Source of the DNA: Armatimonadota bacterium
Lineage (GTDB): Bacteria; Armatimonadota; SYMT01
Assembly: GCA_041690135.1 (NCBI GenBank)
Contig: JAWLHY010000002.1
Span: forward strand, 944,342 to 1,008,341
Direction of reading: 5' to 3'
DNA: 64,000 nucleotides
The notes below the pieces were generated by a model. The model made no database searches, was not told where the DNA came from, and worked only from the letters and a program-made list of their open reading frames with translations. Below, one piece after another: positions 37,530-48,400 of this stretch. The position numbers and the translations under genes are program-made. Within the stretch, counting starts at the first letter, position 1. Every line of letters begins with the position of its first letter.

Positions 37530-38507
37530 TCAGGCCTGCAAATAGGGATCGGGCTGGGCCAGGTAACCCCGGACGTAGTCCGCCACGGCCTCTTCCAGCG
37601 AGCGAAATGGGCGGTTGAAGCCGGCCCGGCGAAGTTTTTGCGTTTCCGCCAGCGTGTGATATTGGTAGGCGCCGCGCAGCTCTGCAGGCATGTCCACGTA
37701 ATCGATCTTTAGATCGACTTCCATCGCGGCGGCCACGGCGGCGGCCAGGTCGTTCCAGGTGCGCGCCCTGCCGGTGCCCACGTTGAAAATTCCGTTGGCA
37801 TCCGGATGCTCGAGCAACCATTGGACGACTTCGACACAGTCCTTTACGTAAACGAAATCCCGCTGCTGTTCCCCATCCGCAATGTCGGCACGGTCGGACC
37901 GGAACAGCCGCACGCGGCCCTCTTCCTTGAACTGGTGGTAGGCCTTGAACACAAAGCTGGACATCGGTCCCTTGTGGTACTCGTTTGGGCCAAAGACATT
38001 GAAGAATTTGAGCCCCGCCATCCGGGTCGCCGCGCCGGTCTCCAGGGCCCACACGTCCACGGCCTGCTTGGAAGCGCCGTAAGGATTGAGCGGCCGGAGT
38101 TGCGGGGTCAGGCGATCGTCATCGGAGAAGCCGAGGGAACCGTCCCCGTAGGTGGCGCCGCTGCTGGCATAGATGAAGCGGACGCCGCACGCGAGGCACC
38201 ACTCCGCCAGGTCGCGCGTGTACCGGACGTTATTCTCCGCCAGGAACTCGAGGTCCCGCTCGGTCGTGGAAGAGCATGCCCCCATGTGGATGACCGCCTC
38301 CACCGGGAACGGCACGCGGTCGTCGCGTACTTGCCGGATGAAGGTCTGCTTGTCCAGAAGTTCCTGAATGCGGAGCGACCGCAGGTTCTCCGGCGTGGCG
38401 GTCCCCGACACTCCGTCCACCGCGACGACGGTGTCGATCCCCTCGCGGTTCAGCTTCCAGATGCAGGCGCTCCCGATGAACCCGGCGCCCCCAGTGACTA
38501 CGTACAA
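37530..38507 (-). CDS. hldD: ADP-L-glycero-D-manno-heptose 6-epimerase
   Basis: VTGGAGFIGS, HMGACSSTTE, PLNPYGASK, FFNVFGPNEYHKG, RDFVYVKD, YQYHT. Confidence 0.92.
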   Translation of the reverse strand: MYVVTGGAGFIGSACIWKLNREGIDTVVAVDGVSGTATPENLRSLRIQELLDKQTFIRQVRDDRVPFPVEAVIHMGACSSTTERDLEFLAENNVRYTRDLAEWCLACGVRFIYASSGATYGDGSLGFSDDDRLTPQLRPLNPYGASKQAVDVWALETGAATRMAGLKFFNVFGPNEYHKGPMSSFVFKAYHQFKEEGRVRLFRSDRADIADGEQQRDFVYVKDCVEVVQWLLEHPDANGIFNVGTGRARTWNDLAAAVAAAMEVDLKIDYVDMPAELRGAYQYHTLAETQKLRRAGFNRPFRSLEEAVADYVRGYLAQPDPYLQA

Positions 38508-38581
38508 CGGCGATCTTCTCCCTGGACCGTTCTCCGAACAATCCTAACACCAATAAGGTCGGTCGAGGGGTGGTACGTGAA

Positions 38582-38612
38582 GAGCGGTCCGGACAGCCTG
38601 TCCGGACCGCTC
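38582..38612 (-). terminator. Near-perfect palindrome after the 38637 gene
   Basis: gagcggtccggacag-c-ctgtccggaccgctc. Confidence 0.55.
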
Positions 38613-38636
38613 GGTAAACCTTGAACTGGGTGAGAA

Positions 38637-39530
38637 CTACAGGAGCGCGAGGCACTCGGCGATCAACGCGAGCAACTCGTCGGCCATCTCGCGGGAGATG
38701 TGCTTGCCGCGCTGCGCCTTGACCTGCTTTCCGAGAGCGGCCAGTTTCTCCGCAGCCAGTTCCGCCTCTCCGGCTTCGACTGCGGCGCGCGCATCCGCCA
38801 GCTTATCTTCCAGGCTGGTTCCCAGCTTGCGGATCTCACCGGCCGCCCGTCCGTCGGCGATTGCCCCTTCCAGGGCCTCCAGCGCCTCTTCCAGCGGGTC
38901 TTCCATCGGAGGCGGTGGGGGAGGCTCGACCACCGGCAGGTTGCCGAAGCAGACGTTGTCCGCGGCAATGAACCGGGCCTGGAAAGGCGGGTTCACCAGC
39001 GTGACGTTGGTGATCGTTCCCACGGGCGCCACAAAACCCAGGAAGGTAGGGGCGCCCGGTTGCAGGAAGACCGGGATGAACTCGCTGCCGAAGGTGCCGG
39101 TCACCAGCGCGAATACGGACGTGCCCGGAGGGGAGAGGAGGTCTCCCGGCAGCACGGAAAAGACTTCCAGGCTGGCGGCCTGCACGCCCGGGGCAAAGTC
39201 GATGACCAGCGGCGAAGGCTCGGGCATCGAGAAGTCGTTGGCCAGCAGCGCGTTGGAGGTGAGCCCCGGTATGCTGGCCGGTCCCACTCCCATCAACGCG
39301 TTTGGAGCCGGGGTGGTCGAACTGAAGGTCACCCCCGGAAGGCTTAGAGAGGGGAACTGGGCCATCTCGGGGAGGTCGTTGAAGTCCTCGCAGGTTAACG
39401 CGTTACCCGCCACGGCGGAAAAGCTGGCCGGGTCGAAGAAGGTCTGCACCTGCTGGGCAGCCGCGGGTGCCGGCTTGACGAACAGTCCCACCGCCACCAG
39501 GAGAGGGATCAAGAAGCGTGCTCGCGCCAT
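38637..39530 (-). CDS. Secreted hypothetical protein with C-terminal helical (FIMAH-like) domain
   Basis: Signal AAA|Q, beta-rich core, poly-Pro linker, helical tail 'KQVKAQRGKHIS...ADELL'. Confidence 0.7.
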   Translation of the reverse strand: MARARFLIPLLVAVGLFVKPAPAAAQQVQTFFDPASFSAVAGNALTCEDFNDLPEMAQFPSLSLPGVTFSSTTPAPNALMGVGPASIPGLTSNALLANDFSMPEPSPLVIDFAPGVQAASLEVFSVLPGDLLSPPGTSVFALVTGTFGSEFIPVFLQPGAPTFLGFVAPVGTITNVTLVNPPFQARFIAADNVCFGNLPVVEPPPPPPMEDPLEEALEALEGAIADGRAAGEIRKLGTSLEDKLADARAAVEAGEAELAAEKLAALGKQVKAQRGKHISREMADELLALIAECLALL

Positions 39531-39682
39531 GTGCTGCGTCTCCGTTCTGCCGGTCGAATGCCGCTGGGCAATCCCGATAAGCGCCTGGTCGCCGGCTGAG
39601 GAGACGATACTCCACCCCAGGCCTGGTGTAATCAACACTTGGAGGGAGCAAGCGGCACTACTTAAGTTGACACGCACTCCAA

Positions 39683-41311
39683 CTAAAGGAGGTCTTTGTC
39701 GTTTGCTGACGGCCCGGCGAAGTTCTTACGGGCGGCTCCGACCCAGTAGACCGCGAGTAGCAAGCCCAGCAGGAGCACGGTCCAGAGAACGAGCTCATTG
39801 GGCGGAAGGCTGAAGATGACGGCCAGGAATCCGATCCAGGCCAGCGCCACGCTGTTCAGGGCCCGGCTCCAGCGGCCCAGGTTCCAGGGAGGCGGATTCC
39901 GGAAGGTCGATTCCGCCTTGGTCGAACGGGCGTTCCTCCGGTTGAGGTAGATGGGGATCCCGTAGGCCAGGTACAGCGTGATCGTGCTGATCGAGGTCAC
40001 CACGCTGAAGGCTGCGGCATAGAGGCAGATCCCCACGGCCAGGGCACTGGTGAGCAGAGTGGCCGCGACGGGTACATTGGTACGCGGATGGACCCTTTTG
40101 AGCCAGGTGGACCCCAGCATTCCGTCGTCGCGGGCGAACGCCCACCACATGCGGCCCATGGAGGTGACGGAAGCCAGTCCGCACAGCCACATCGCCACCC
40201 CGATGATGAGGGCAACCAGGTGACCGGCCAGAACCGGTAGATTCTCATACGCCACGAACAGGACGGGGTACGGATCGGCCGCCGTCGCCGCCACGTCTCC
40301 CCGCGGAATCCGCAGGGTCAACGCGAGCAGCAAGAGGTACCCTACGCCGGCGGAAACAGCCACGGAGAGAAACACGCCCCACGCGGAGTTCAGCCGGGCC
40401 ATCACCGTTTCTTCCGCCACGTGCGCCGAGGCATCGTAGCCGGTGTAGGTCCACTGCGCCTGGAGCAGCCCCAGGACGAACACGAGCGCGAAGGGCGCCG
40501 CCGCATACAGATCACGCAGGCCGGGGAACAGGGCGAAGAGGGGAGAGGGCAGCCGGGATTCGCCCAGGATCAGAACGGGCCCCGTCGCACCGTTCGGCAA
40601 TTCCGCGGAAGAGGCTTCCAGTGGCGACTCGGGTCCGCCGGCCCGCAGCAGGAACTCCAGCGGGTTATGGTGGCGACCCAGGAAAAGGAGCAGGAGCACG
40701 ATCACTCCCACCCCCACCATATGCCAGAAGGCGCTGAAGCTGGTCAACCGCGCCGTCAGCCGGATGCCGTACACGTTGATCGCGACCTGGGGAATCATGA
40801 TCAGCACCATCACCAGCACCTGGAAATACCAGTTGGTGACGGAGCCGAAGTAGGGGAGCGGTTGATCGCCGGGGATCCCCAGGATCCGCGTGACGGCCCC
40901 GATCAGGTAAGTGGCCGCCGCGATATTGATCCCCGCGGTGATGGTGATCTGCCCGATCATGTTCAGCCAGGCCGTCACCCAGGCCCACCCGCGTCCGCCC
41001 AGGCGGAAAGCCCAAAAGTAGAGGCCGCCGGCGGTGGGATAGGCCGAGGCCAGCTCCGCCATCGAGGCCGCCACGCAGAGTGTGAAGAGACTGGCGATGG
41101 GCCATCCCAGCGTGTTGATGACCGGCCCCGCGAACTTGAGGCCGTAGCCGTACAGCAGCACGGCCCCGGTCAGGATCGAGATGATCGAGAACGAGAGGGC
41201 GAAGTTGGAGAACCCGCCCATCTCCCGCAGCAATTGCTGGCCATAGCCCAGCTCGCGCAGATCCTCCGCATCCCGCGCCAGGATCTCTTGCTTGGTTAAT
41301 TGTGGTTTCAT
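39683..41311 (-). CDS. Amino acid permease (APC family)
   Basis: LGYGQQLLREMGGFSNFALSFSIISI, SAYPTAGGLYFW, WTYTGYDASAH; many TM helices. Confidence 0.92.
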   Translation of the reverse strand: MKPQLTKQEILARDAEDLRELGYGQQLLREMGGFSNFALSFSIISILTGAVLLYGYGLKFAGPVINTLGWPIASLFTLCVAASMAELASAYPTAGGLYFWAFRLGGRGWAWVTAWLNMIGQITITAGINIAAATYLIGAVTRILGIPGDQPLPYFGSVTNWYFQVLVMVLIMIPQVAINVYGIRLTARLTSFSAFWHMVGVGVIVLLLLFLGRHHNPLEFLLRAGGPESPLEASSAELPNGATGPVLILGESRLPSPLFALFPGLRDLYAAAPFALVFVLGLLQAQWTYTGYDASAHVAEETVMARLNSAWGVFLSVAVSAGVGYLLLLALTLRIPRGDVAATAADPYPVLFVAYENLPVLAGHLVALIIGVAMWLCGLASVTSMGRMWWAFARDDGMLGSTWLKRVHPRTNVPVAATLLTSALAVGICLYAAAFSVVTSISTITLYLAYGIPIYLNRRNARSTKAESTFRNPPPWNLGRWSRALNSVALAWIGFLAVIFSLPPNELVLWTVLLLGLLLAVYWVGAARKNFAGPSANDKDLL

Positions 41312-41371
41312 GGGGCTCTCCCGTAGGTGCGGCGACTGCGGCGACTCTCGGCTCGAGAACGGCCCACATTC

Positions 41372-41871
41372 AAACGCAAAGGGCGCAAAGGACGCGAAGG
41401 GCGCAAAGAAAAGCGCAAGCGCGTTGGGTTCAGAGATTCAAGACACGGCGATGAATACCGTCTTTCGCGCGTTCAACATTGAAATTGACCAGCAGACCCA
41501 GCTTGCAGCCAGTCAACCGCAAGTACACCAGGATCTGTGCTTCATGCACGGGGTGGATCGCCTCTACGGACTTGCACTCGATGATGACCTTGCCGCCTAC
41601 GAGGAAATCCAGCCGAAAGCTGCTCTTGAGGGGCGTGCCTTTATAGGAGACGGGGATCTTCTTCTCCCTTTCGAAGGGTATTCCACGGCTCGTCATCTCC
41701 AGTTCGAGTGCCTGGCGGTACACCGCTTCGGGCAAGCCCGGACCCAGCGTCCGGTGCACCTCGATGATCGTACCGATCACCGCGTATGATAGGGCGTCCT
41801 CCTCCGTCGGCATTTTTTTGCTCCTTCAATCCTTCTTTGCGCTCTTCGCGTCCTTCGCGCCCTTTGCGTTT
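41372..41871 (-). mobile_element. GxxExxY cassette bounded by 39-bp inverted repeats
   Basis: Arms 41372-41410 and 41833-41871 match 37/39 as reverse complements; each is four 9-mer units. Confidence 0.7.
41430..41813 (-). CDS. GxxExxY protein (PD-(D/E)XK nuclease-like)
   Basis: VHRTLGPGLPEAVY, RLDFLV, IIECKSV, HEAQILVYL, GLLVNF; RBS aaggag. Confidence 0.95.
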   Translation of the reverse strand: MPTEEDALSYAVIGTIIEVHRTLGPGLPEAVYRQALELEMTSRGIPFEREKKIPVSYKGTPLKSSFRLDFLVGGKVIIECKSVEAIHPVHEAQILVYLRLTGCKLGLLVNFNVERAKDGIHRRVLNL

Positions 41872-44372
41872 TGCGGTGCAGGCAGCCCCAGGTGTCTATG
41901 CAGGAAATTGAAGGACCCCACCCCGTTAATCTCGTGTGGCCCCACGAACCACTCGATCTCGGTGCGCTCGGGGATTCCCAGGCGGTGGTAGCGCTGGTCG
42001 ACGCGGGCGAACTCGTAGCCGACCCACTCGTCGATGGCGACGCCGTCGTTGCGGCCGCGCTCCACCATGAAGGGACGGGGGCAGATCAGCCATGCCATCT
42101 CCGCGTAGTTGAACGTGTTCCCCAGGTCGAACTCGAAGATCTCGTACTCGCCGGTGAACATGTAGCTGAAGGGGTGGCTCACGGTGGCGTTCTTCGCGAT
42201 CCACTCGTTGAAGTCGCCGGAGCAGATGGAGGCGCAGTAACGCTCCAGGAGGGCCGGCACCCGCATCGCTGTTTTGCCGCCGTAGCTCAGGCCGTAGAAG
42301 GCTATCCGCTCGGCGTCCACGAACGGCTGCCCGGCCAGCCAGTCCAGGATGCGCTCGTGCTGCCGGACGATCACGGAGAAGAGGGTTTTCTTGAGGGGGT
42401 TCAGCTTCCGCTGGAGCACGCGGAACTTGTCTTTGCCGATGTAGGGGTTCTGCGGGGAGAAGGTGATGAAGCCGCGTTCCGTGAGCCGGTTCGCGAACTG
42501 GTGGTAGTGGGGGTTGTTGACCTTCGGGTCGGCGACCTGCTGCGGCTTCCCTTCCAGTCCATGCTGGCACACCACCACCGGCCGCCGCTCGCCGGGCCGT
42601 AGGTCTTTCGGGACCAGCAGGATCCCGTAGGCGTAAACGTCGGGATAGACGTCCAGCATCACCTCGTAGCCGCGATAGGTTGGCTCGTCGTAAACCAGCC
42701 GGGTGCGCGGGTTCATCGGTTCGGAAGCTGGAGGCAGCTTGCCGATGACCTCTTCCCAGAACAGGTCGCGGTACCGGCGGGTGCTCTCGCGCCACTTCTC
42801 CACGCTCGACCCATCGGCCTTGGCCCACAGTTCATTGCGCCGGAACTCTCCCTCCCGCATCATCCGCTGCGTGTGTTCGACGAGTTGGTCGAATTGCCGC
42901 TTGAACCGGACCTCCGGGTCGAAGCCGGTCCGACGGTCCTTGAGGAGGCGCGGGGTGGCCGGGGCGCGACCGGAGGTTTCCAGGCCCAGGCCGCCCATGA
43001 GCTCGGTGAGGGCATTCCAGCTCCCCGGTTGCCCGCTTTTGCTTTCGACTACCTGAAGCCAGGGACGGCTGCCGAGCCCCAGCGTGAGCCTTCGGGCACG
43101 GTCTGCCTCCGCGGTCACCTCGGCCAGGGCGGGGGTAACGATGGTGCCCGGAGCGGCCCCGGCACGTCCCGTGCGGGCAGCGGGTGGGCCGGAGACCTCC
43201 GGAAACCGGCAGTGCTCCACCACCAGCGGGCGCGGGGCGATCAGGCTGCCGACCTCCGCATCTCCGAATTCCTCCAGCAGCCCGAACACGTTCCGGTAGA
43301 TCGGCTCGCTCCATACTTTCTCTCGCGGTTGGAAGTAGCCGCTCACCAGGGCCGCATCAATCCGCGAGTCGAGAGCCGCCGCATAGAGCGCCAGCAGCCC
43401 ACCCTCCCCATACCCGACGACCCCGATGGGGGTGGAAGGTAGATCCTGCCCTGCCCCGTTGGAGCCAGGATCACTCCCACCCCGAGCACCTGAAGACCCG
43501 AACACCCGAACACCTGACCGCCCGACTGCCTGACTACCCGACCCGCTCATCCAATCCACGGCGCTGAGCACCTTCTGGATCTCGTAGCCGATGACGTGGC
43601 GCCCCATCTCGAAGGCCGCCCGGTAGATGAATTCCCGGTGCGGCTGGTTGGTCATCCGGATCGCCGGGTTGCCGGAGTGGGTGTCCTTCCGGTCGATCAA
43701 CATGGGGATCAACACCCGGCAGCCCCGCTCGGCCAGGAGACGAGCGTAGCGGGCTTCCGGGGAAACGCCGGGCGCGAGGCCCGCCAGCATCTCCGGGGTC
43801 CAGTCGCAGTCCGGTAGGGCGATGATTTGCGCGGCCGGCCGATGGTCGTTCGGCTCCAGCAGGAGCCCCTCGGCCTCGAAGCCTTTCAGCACGGGCCACC
43901 GGACCGCCAGCACGCGATATCGCTTTGTCTTCGCGACTGCTTCCGTGCCGGTAGGGGAACCAATTACTTCCAGGTCGGCGAAAGGTTCTCGGGTGTCGAC
44001 CACCCCCAGGTACTTCCGCAGGCGCTGCCGGTTCGGCTCCACGAACCGGTGGTAAGCCTCGGGCGAGGAGAAGTCTCGCTTCCAGTGGTGAGCCCGCTGC
44101 TCCACCGAGCGGCTTAGCTCGCGGTCGAGGAAGCGGTCGATCCCCGCCACCATCTGTTCCGCCAGGTCGCCTTCCTGCTTCAGTAGTTGCGTGCCCCCGA
44201 GCGGTTCACCCGCGGCATCCGCCCGCGCCGCTCCCCCGGACAGCACGGTCGAAGTCACCGCGCCCACCGCCAACAGCACCCACACCCACATCGATCCGCC
44301 CACCGCTTCCTCCTCCGGCGCCGGCTTACTTTCGGCGACCCTAATCGGTTTCTCCCGCCGGAGCGGATCCAC
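41826..44372 (-). CDS. Secreted tandem alpha/beta hydrolase (dienelactone hydrolase/acetylxylan esterase-like)
   Basis: GYGEGG and GLSYGG nucleophile elbows, VVCQHGLEG. The start may be the MWVWVLL codon near 44291. Confidence 0.85.
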   Translation of the reverse strand: MDPLRREKPIRVAESKPAPEEEAVGGSMWVWVLLAVGAVTSTVLSGGAARADAAGEPLGGTQLLKQEGDLAEQMVAGIDRFLDRELSRSVEQRAHHWKRDFSSPEAYHRFVEPNRQRLRKYLGVVDTREPFADLEVIGSPTGTEAVAKTKRYRVLAVRWPVLKGFEAEGLLLEPNDHRPAAQIIALPDCDWTPEMLAGLAPGVSPEARYARLLAERGCRVLIPMLIDRKDTHSGNPAIRMTNQPHREFIYRAAFEMGRHVIGYEIQKVLSAVDWMSGSGSQAVGRSGVRVFGSSGARGGSDPGSNGAGQDLPSTPIGVVGYGEGGLLALYAAALDSRIDAALVSGYFQPREKVWSEPIYRNVFGLLEEFGDAEVGSLIAPRPLVVEHCRFPEVSGPPAARTGRAGAAPGTIVTPALAEVTAEADRARRLTLGLGSRPWLQVVESKSGQPGSWNALTELMGGLGLETSGRAPATPRLLKDRRTGFDPEVRFKRQFDQLVEHTQRMMREGEFRRNELWAKADGSSVEKWRESTRRYRDLFWEEVIGKLPPASEPMNPRTRLVYDEPTYRGYEVMLDVYPDVYAYGILLVPKDLRPGERRPVVVCQHGLEGKPQQVADPKVNNPHYHQFANRLTERGFITFSPQNPYIGKDKFRVLQRKLNPLKKTLFSVIVRQHERILDWLAGQPFVDAERIAFYGLSYGGKTAMRVPALLERYCASICSGDFNEWIAKNATVSHPFSYMFTGEYEIFEFDLGNTFNYAEMAWLICPRPFMVERGRNDGVAIDEWVGYEFARVDQRYHRLGIPERTEIEWFVGPHEINGVGSFNFLHRHLGLPAPQNAKGAKDAKSAKKD
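43481..43544. repeat. In-frame 8-mer tandem array within the hydrolase
   Basis: cccgagca cctgaaga cccgaaca cccgaaca cctgaccg cccgactg cctgacta cccgaccc. Confidence 0.8.
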
Positions 44373-44407
44373 CTGTGCCGGTACCGGTACCTGACCTCAA
44401 TGCAAGT

Positions 44408-44438
44408 GCGGACCCCGCCCAATTGGGGCGGGGTCCGC
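44408..44438 (-). terminator. Hairpin after the Tim44-like gene
   Basis: gcggaccccgccc...gggcggggtccgc. Confidence 0.5.
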
Positions 44439-44484
44439 GCACGGTCGCTGGGGGCAGCGTTTCGGTAGGTAGTAGGCGCTAATA

Positions 44485-45228
44485 TCAGGCAGGTCTGGGG
44501 CTGCCGGCGGCACCCACGGGCGCCGTCAACTCGTTCACCAGCTTCGCATACTGAAGGGAGAGTGAGCCTTCCTCGATGTTGGCCACCAGCCACCGGCCGT
44601 GCTCGAAAACGAGCGTCCACACGGCCTCCACGTCCGTGTAACCGGGCTTGCCCTGGACTACCTTACCGCTCTGGCGCTCTGCGAGGTAGTCTTCCATCTC
44701 GGCCGTGATGGAGACCACGAGGCGGGAACCCTCCAGGTCGCCCTGGTTGTTCCGGTAACGCACGAACAGCGGGCGGATGTTATTGATCTTCTTCACGCGG
44801 CAGTGGTTCACCAGCCCATCCCGCTCCCACTGGTCCAGGTAGGCCAGTTGCTGGTTCTGCCAGTACCAATCGGTCATCCACTGGGAGGCTTCGTACATGT
44901 CCTCTTTGCGCCATGCGGCATGCACCCGGTGGAAGGATTCGGTGACTCGCTCCTTGAGCTGGAGCCAGTCGAACGCGTCGTGTGTGCCGGCGAGTTGCCG
45001 CAGGTCGCGCAGCGTCCGCCGTACAGCGATCGATTCCGTGATCTGGACATACAGAATCAGCGGTAAGAAGATCAGCACCAGCAAAGTCAGGAAGATCTTG
45101 CCGGGTGTCGACCGGAACAGGCCGGAGGCGATCTTCCCACCGGGCGCCGCCAGGGCCGGGTCTGGGAAGAGGAAGAGGCAGGCAGCCACGGCGGCAAAAA
45201 CCAGCAGCGGGACCAGGTATTTCCTCAT
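44485..45228 (-). CDS. Tim44-like domain membrane protein
   Basis: Signal plus TM helix, 'FHRVHAAW', 'EAVWTL...GRWLVANIE' NTF2/Tim44-like pattern. Confidence 0.65.
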   Translation of the reverse strand: MRKYLVPLLVFAAVAACLFLFPDPALAAPGGKIASGLFRSTPGKIFLTLLVLIFLPLILYVQITESIAVRRTLRDLRQLAGTHDAFDWLQLKERVTESFHRVHAAWRKEDMYEASQWMTDWYWQNQQLAYLDQWERDGLVNHCRVKKINNIRPLFVRYRNNQGDLEGSRLVVSITAEMEDYLAERQSGKVVQGKPGYTDVEAVWTLVFEHGRWLVANIEEGSLSLQYAKLVNELTAPVGAAGSPRPA

Positions 45229-45413
45229 CAGTAACCTCCACAAGCAGGTAGCCGGCCAAGTCACTCGCTTTCCGGCACTTAATAGAGTGTTCCACACGCT
45301 TCAGATCAACTCCTGTCGTGAGAGGATCAGGCTGTGGAGTGCTGGCCACCCTGCCTCCAATAGCCCTGGGTGACAGATGCCTCGGCGGCTGTTCTGCAAC
45401 GCCTTCGACTCCC

Positions 45414-48400
45414 TCATCGACCCACTCCCAGCAGGCTGACGCGCGCGTTGGCACGGGCCGCGTCGGTCGTCACCAGATTCAGGAGGCCCTTCGAGCGTCC
45501 CCGGGCGGTGGGTTCATACTGGAGCGTAAGTGTTGCCGAACCGCGGGGCGGCAGCGTGAGGGTGCGGCCGCCGCCGACCAGCGTAAACGGCTGCGCCGGC
45601 TCGGGCACGGTGACCTGAAGGGGCTCGGTGCGATGGAGGTTGCGAATCACCAGTGGGCGAGTTCTGGAAGTGCCCAGGGTTACCTTCCCGAAGTTCACCT
45701 TGGCGGTTACCTTGAGTTTCCCGCCTCGCGTGGTGGCGCTGCCTTCGGCCGCGGAAGGGGAGTCCCCCGAGGCGTTGGTGGCCCATAGCCGGTAGTGGTA
45801 CGTGGTTCCGGGAGTGAGACTCGTATCGGCGTGGGAGAGCGTTCCCACCGGCACGCTGGCGAGGGGCGCGAAACCGCTCTTGCCCGTGCTGCGCTCGATC
45901 CGGTAGGCGGTTGGGGTGGGGTTCTGTTCGGTCCAGGTGAGGTCGGCTGCGGTCTTGGATCGGATCAGGACCTGCAGCCCCGCCGGCGGCAGCGGCAAGG
46001 TGTAGGCGGTTGCCGCGCCGGTGTAGGCGGAGCCGCCGCCGCTGTTCACCGCCCGCACCCGGTACGTGTAGGGGGTGTTCGGCGTGCGACCCGCATCGGC
46101 GAAGCTGGTGCTGCCGGCGCCGAGGGAAGCCAGTAGGGTAAAAGCGCCCGATCCGTGGCTCCGCTCCACCTCGAAGTGGGTCTCGTTGGTGCTGGTATCC
46201 TCCCAGGTGAGGTTGAGTTGAGTGGGGGAAACGGCCGTCACCGCCAGTCCCGTGGGCGCGGACGGCGGGTTCGGCAAGGTGCGGGCGGAGACTTCATCTG
46301 TAAAGGGGGATGCTCCCGAGTTGTTGACCGTCCGGATGCGGTAGACGTACTCCGTGTCGGCCGTCAGCCCGGTATCTGTATACGCTGTGGCGCCGGCGCT
46401 GACGGTGACGGAGAAGTCGGACGGACTTCCCGCGATCCGTCGCTCGATCTCGGTGGCGGCGGGCACGGGGTTGGGATCGTTCCAGCTCAGGGCCAGGCGG
46501 GTTTGCGACTCCACGCTCGCGGTGAGGCCGGCGGGCGGAAGGGGCAATGTGGTTCCTAGCACCGGTCCGGCATAGTCGGAAGCACCCCCGGCGTTGACGG
46601 CGCGCACACGGTAGGTGCGGCTGGAATTAGCGGGCAGCCCCGCCTCGCTGAACGTCACCGCGCCGGCAGGGAGGGTGGCGATCCGGGAATAGTTTTGATC
46701 CGTATTTCGCCGTTCCACTTCAAAGGCGCTTTCGTTGGTGCTGGCGTCCACCCACTGGAGCGTCAGTTGGGTGGTCGAGTCCGCGATGACGGTGAGGCCC
46801 GTCGGAGGGGCGGGAGGGAGGGGAAGGGTCTGCTCGCTCTCGGGCCCCGCGTAGGCGGAAGCGCCCCCCGCGTTGGTGGCGCGGACCCGGTAGGTGTATT
46901 CCCGCTCCGGCTCCAGGCCGGTATCGGCAAAGGCAGTCTGGTTCGGACCGAGCTTCACCAGCAGCGCGAAACTGCTGGGGTCTTGTCCGCGTTCCAGCTC
47001 AAAGAACTCCTCACGGCTGGTCTGGTCCACCCACTGGAGATTGATCTGGGTCGAGGAGACGGCGGTAGCGGTCAGGTGGGTGGGCGGGTCCGGGGGAGGG
47101 GGTAGTGTGGTGGCAGTTGCCATGGCGGAGTAGCGGGACGGGCCACCGGGGTTCACCGCCCGCACCCGGTAGGTGTACGTCGTTTCCGCGGTGAGGCCGG
47201 TGTCGGGGTGGGTGGGCGTGTCGGCGGCGGTTGACGCGATCCGCACGAAGGGCGCCCCGGAAGCAGCGGTGCCGGGCTTTCGCTCCAGCTCGAACGTCGC
47301 CTCGTTATCGCTGGCATCGACCCAGGTCAGCATCATCGTGGTCTGGCTCGTCGGAAGCGCGGTGAGGCCGGTGGGCACGGCCGGAGGCGGCATGACACCC
47401 ACTTTGCTGACAAAGGTATCGGCGAAGCCACGCCCGTGGCTCGGCTGGAACGGCGACGCCGTGGGAAAGTCGAGGCTGCTGGTTTCTCCCTGTACGTAGG
47501 CGTTTCCGGCGGCGTCCACGGCCAGCGCCACGCCCCGTTCCTCTCCGGAGCCGCCCAGGTAAGTGGAATACACCAGGCCCGGCGTTGCCGGATCTATCTT
47601 GGTGAGGAAGGCATCCGTGGCCGGGCTGGCCCGCTGCGCCTGCAGGGCCTCCACCGTGGGGAAAAGGTCCGATTGTGTTTCGCCCGCCACGTACACCGCC
47701 CCGGCCGGGTCCAGCGCCAGGGCGTAGGCGAAATCGTTGGCGTTTCCACCGAGTAACGTGGAGAAGGCCAGCGTGGGGCCACTCAGATCGACCTGCGCGA
47801 CGAATACGTCCGCCGCACCCCCGTGAACCGCCTGCAGCGGACGGACCAGCGGGAAATCGTCCGATCCGGTGTAACCCGTGAGGAACAGGGCTCCCTGCCC
47901 ATCCAGCGCCACTGCGTGGGCTTCGTCATCCAGGGCGCCACCGAGGGTGGAAGCGTGAAGGAGGCCGGAGCCGGCGCTGTTGACGTGTACCAGAAATGCG
48001 GACCGCTGGTCGCGCGGGAACATCGGGTTCACGAGTGGGAAGTCGTGGGAATGCGTGTAGCCAACCAGGTAGACGCTGCCGTCTGTCTCGAGCGCCAGGT
48101 CGGTCACCAGGTCCGTGTCGAAGCCGCCGAGATAGGAGGAGTAGACCAATGCAGTCGCCGTGGGATTGATCTTCGCAATGAAGCCTTCGGTGGAGAAGGT
48201 GAGCGGGACGCGAAACGGATTCAGCGTGGGAAAGTCACTGGACTGCGTGCTGCCCCCGACATAGACATTCCCGGCGGCATCCAGCGCGATACAGCGTCCG
48301 ATGTCCTCCGCCTCACCGCCCAGGTAAGTGCTGTAGAGCAGGACGTTTCCCGCGGCGTTAAAGTGGGCGACGAAGCCATCGATGTAACCCCGGTTCTGCT

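Noticed and set aside
41360-41885. Classical IS interpretation of the GxxExxY cassette
   Set aside because: No DDE, HUH or recombinase gene and no target-site duplication; reported as a non-classical cassette instead.
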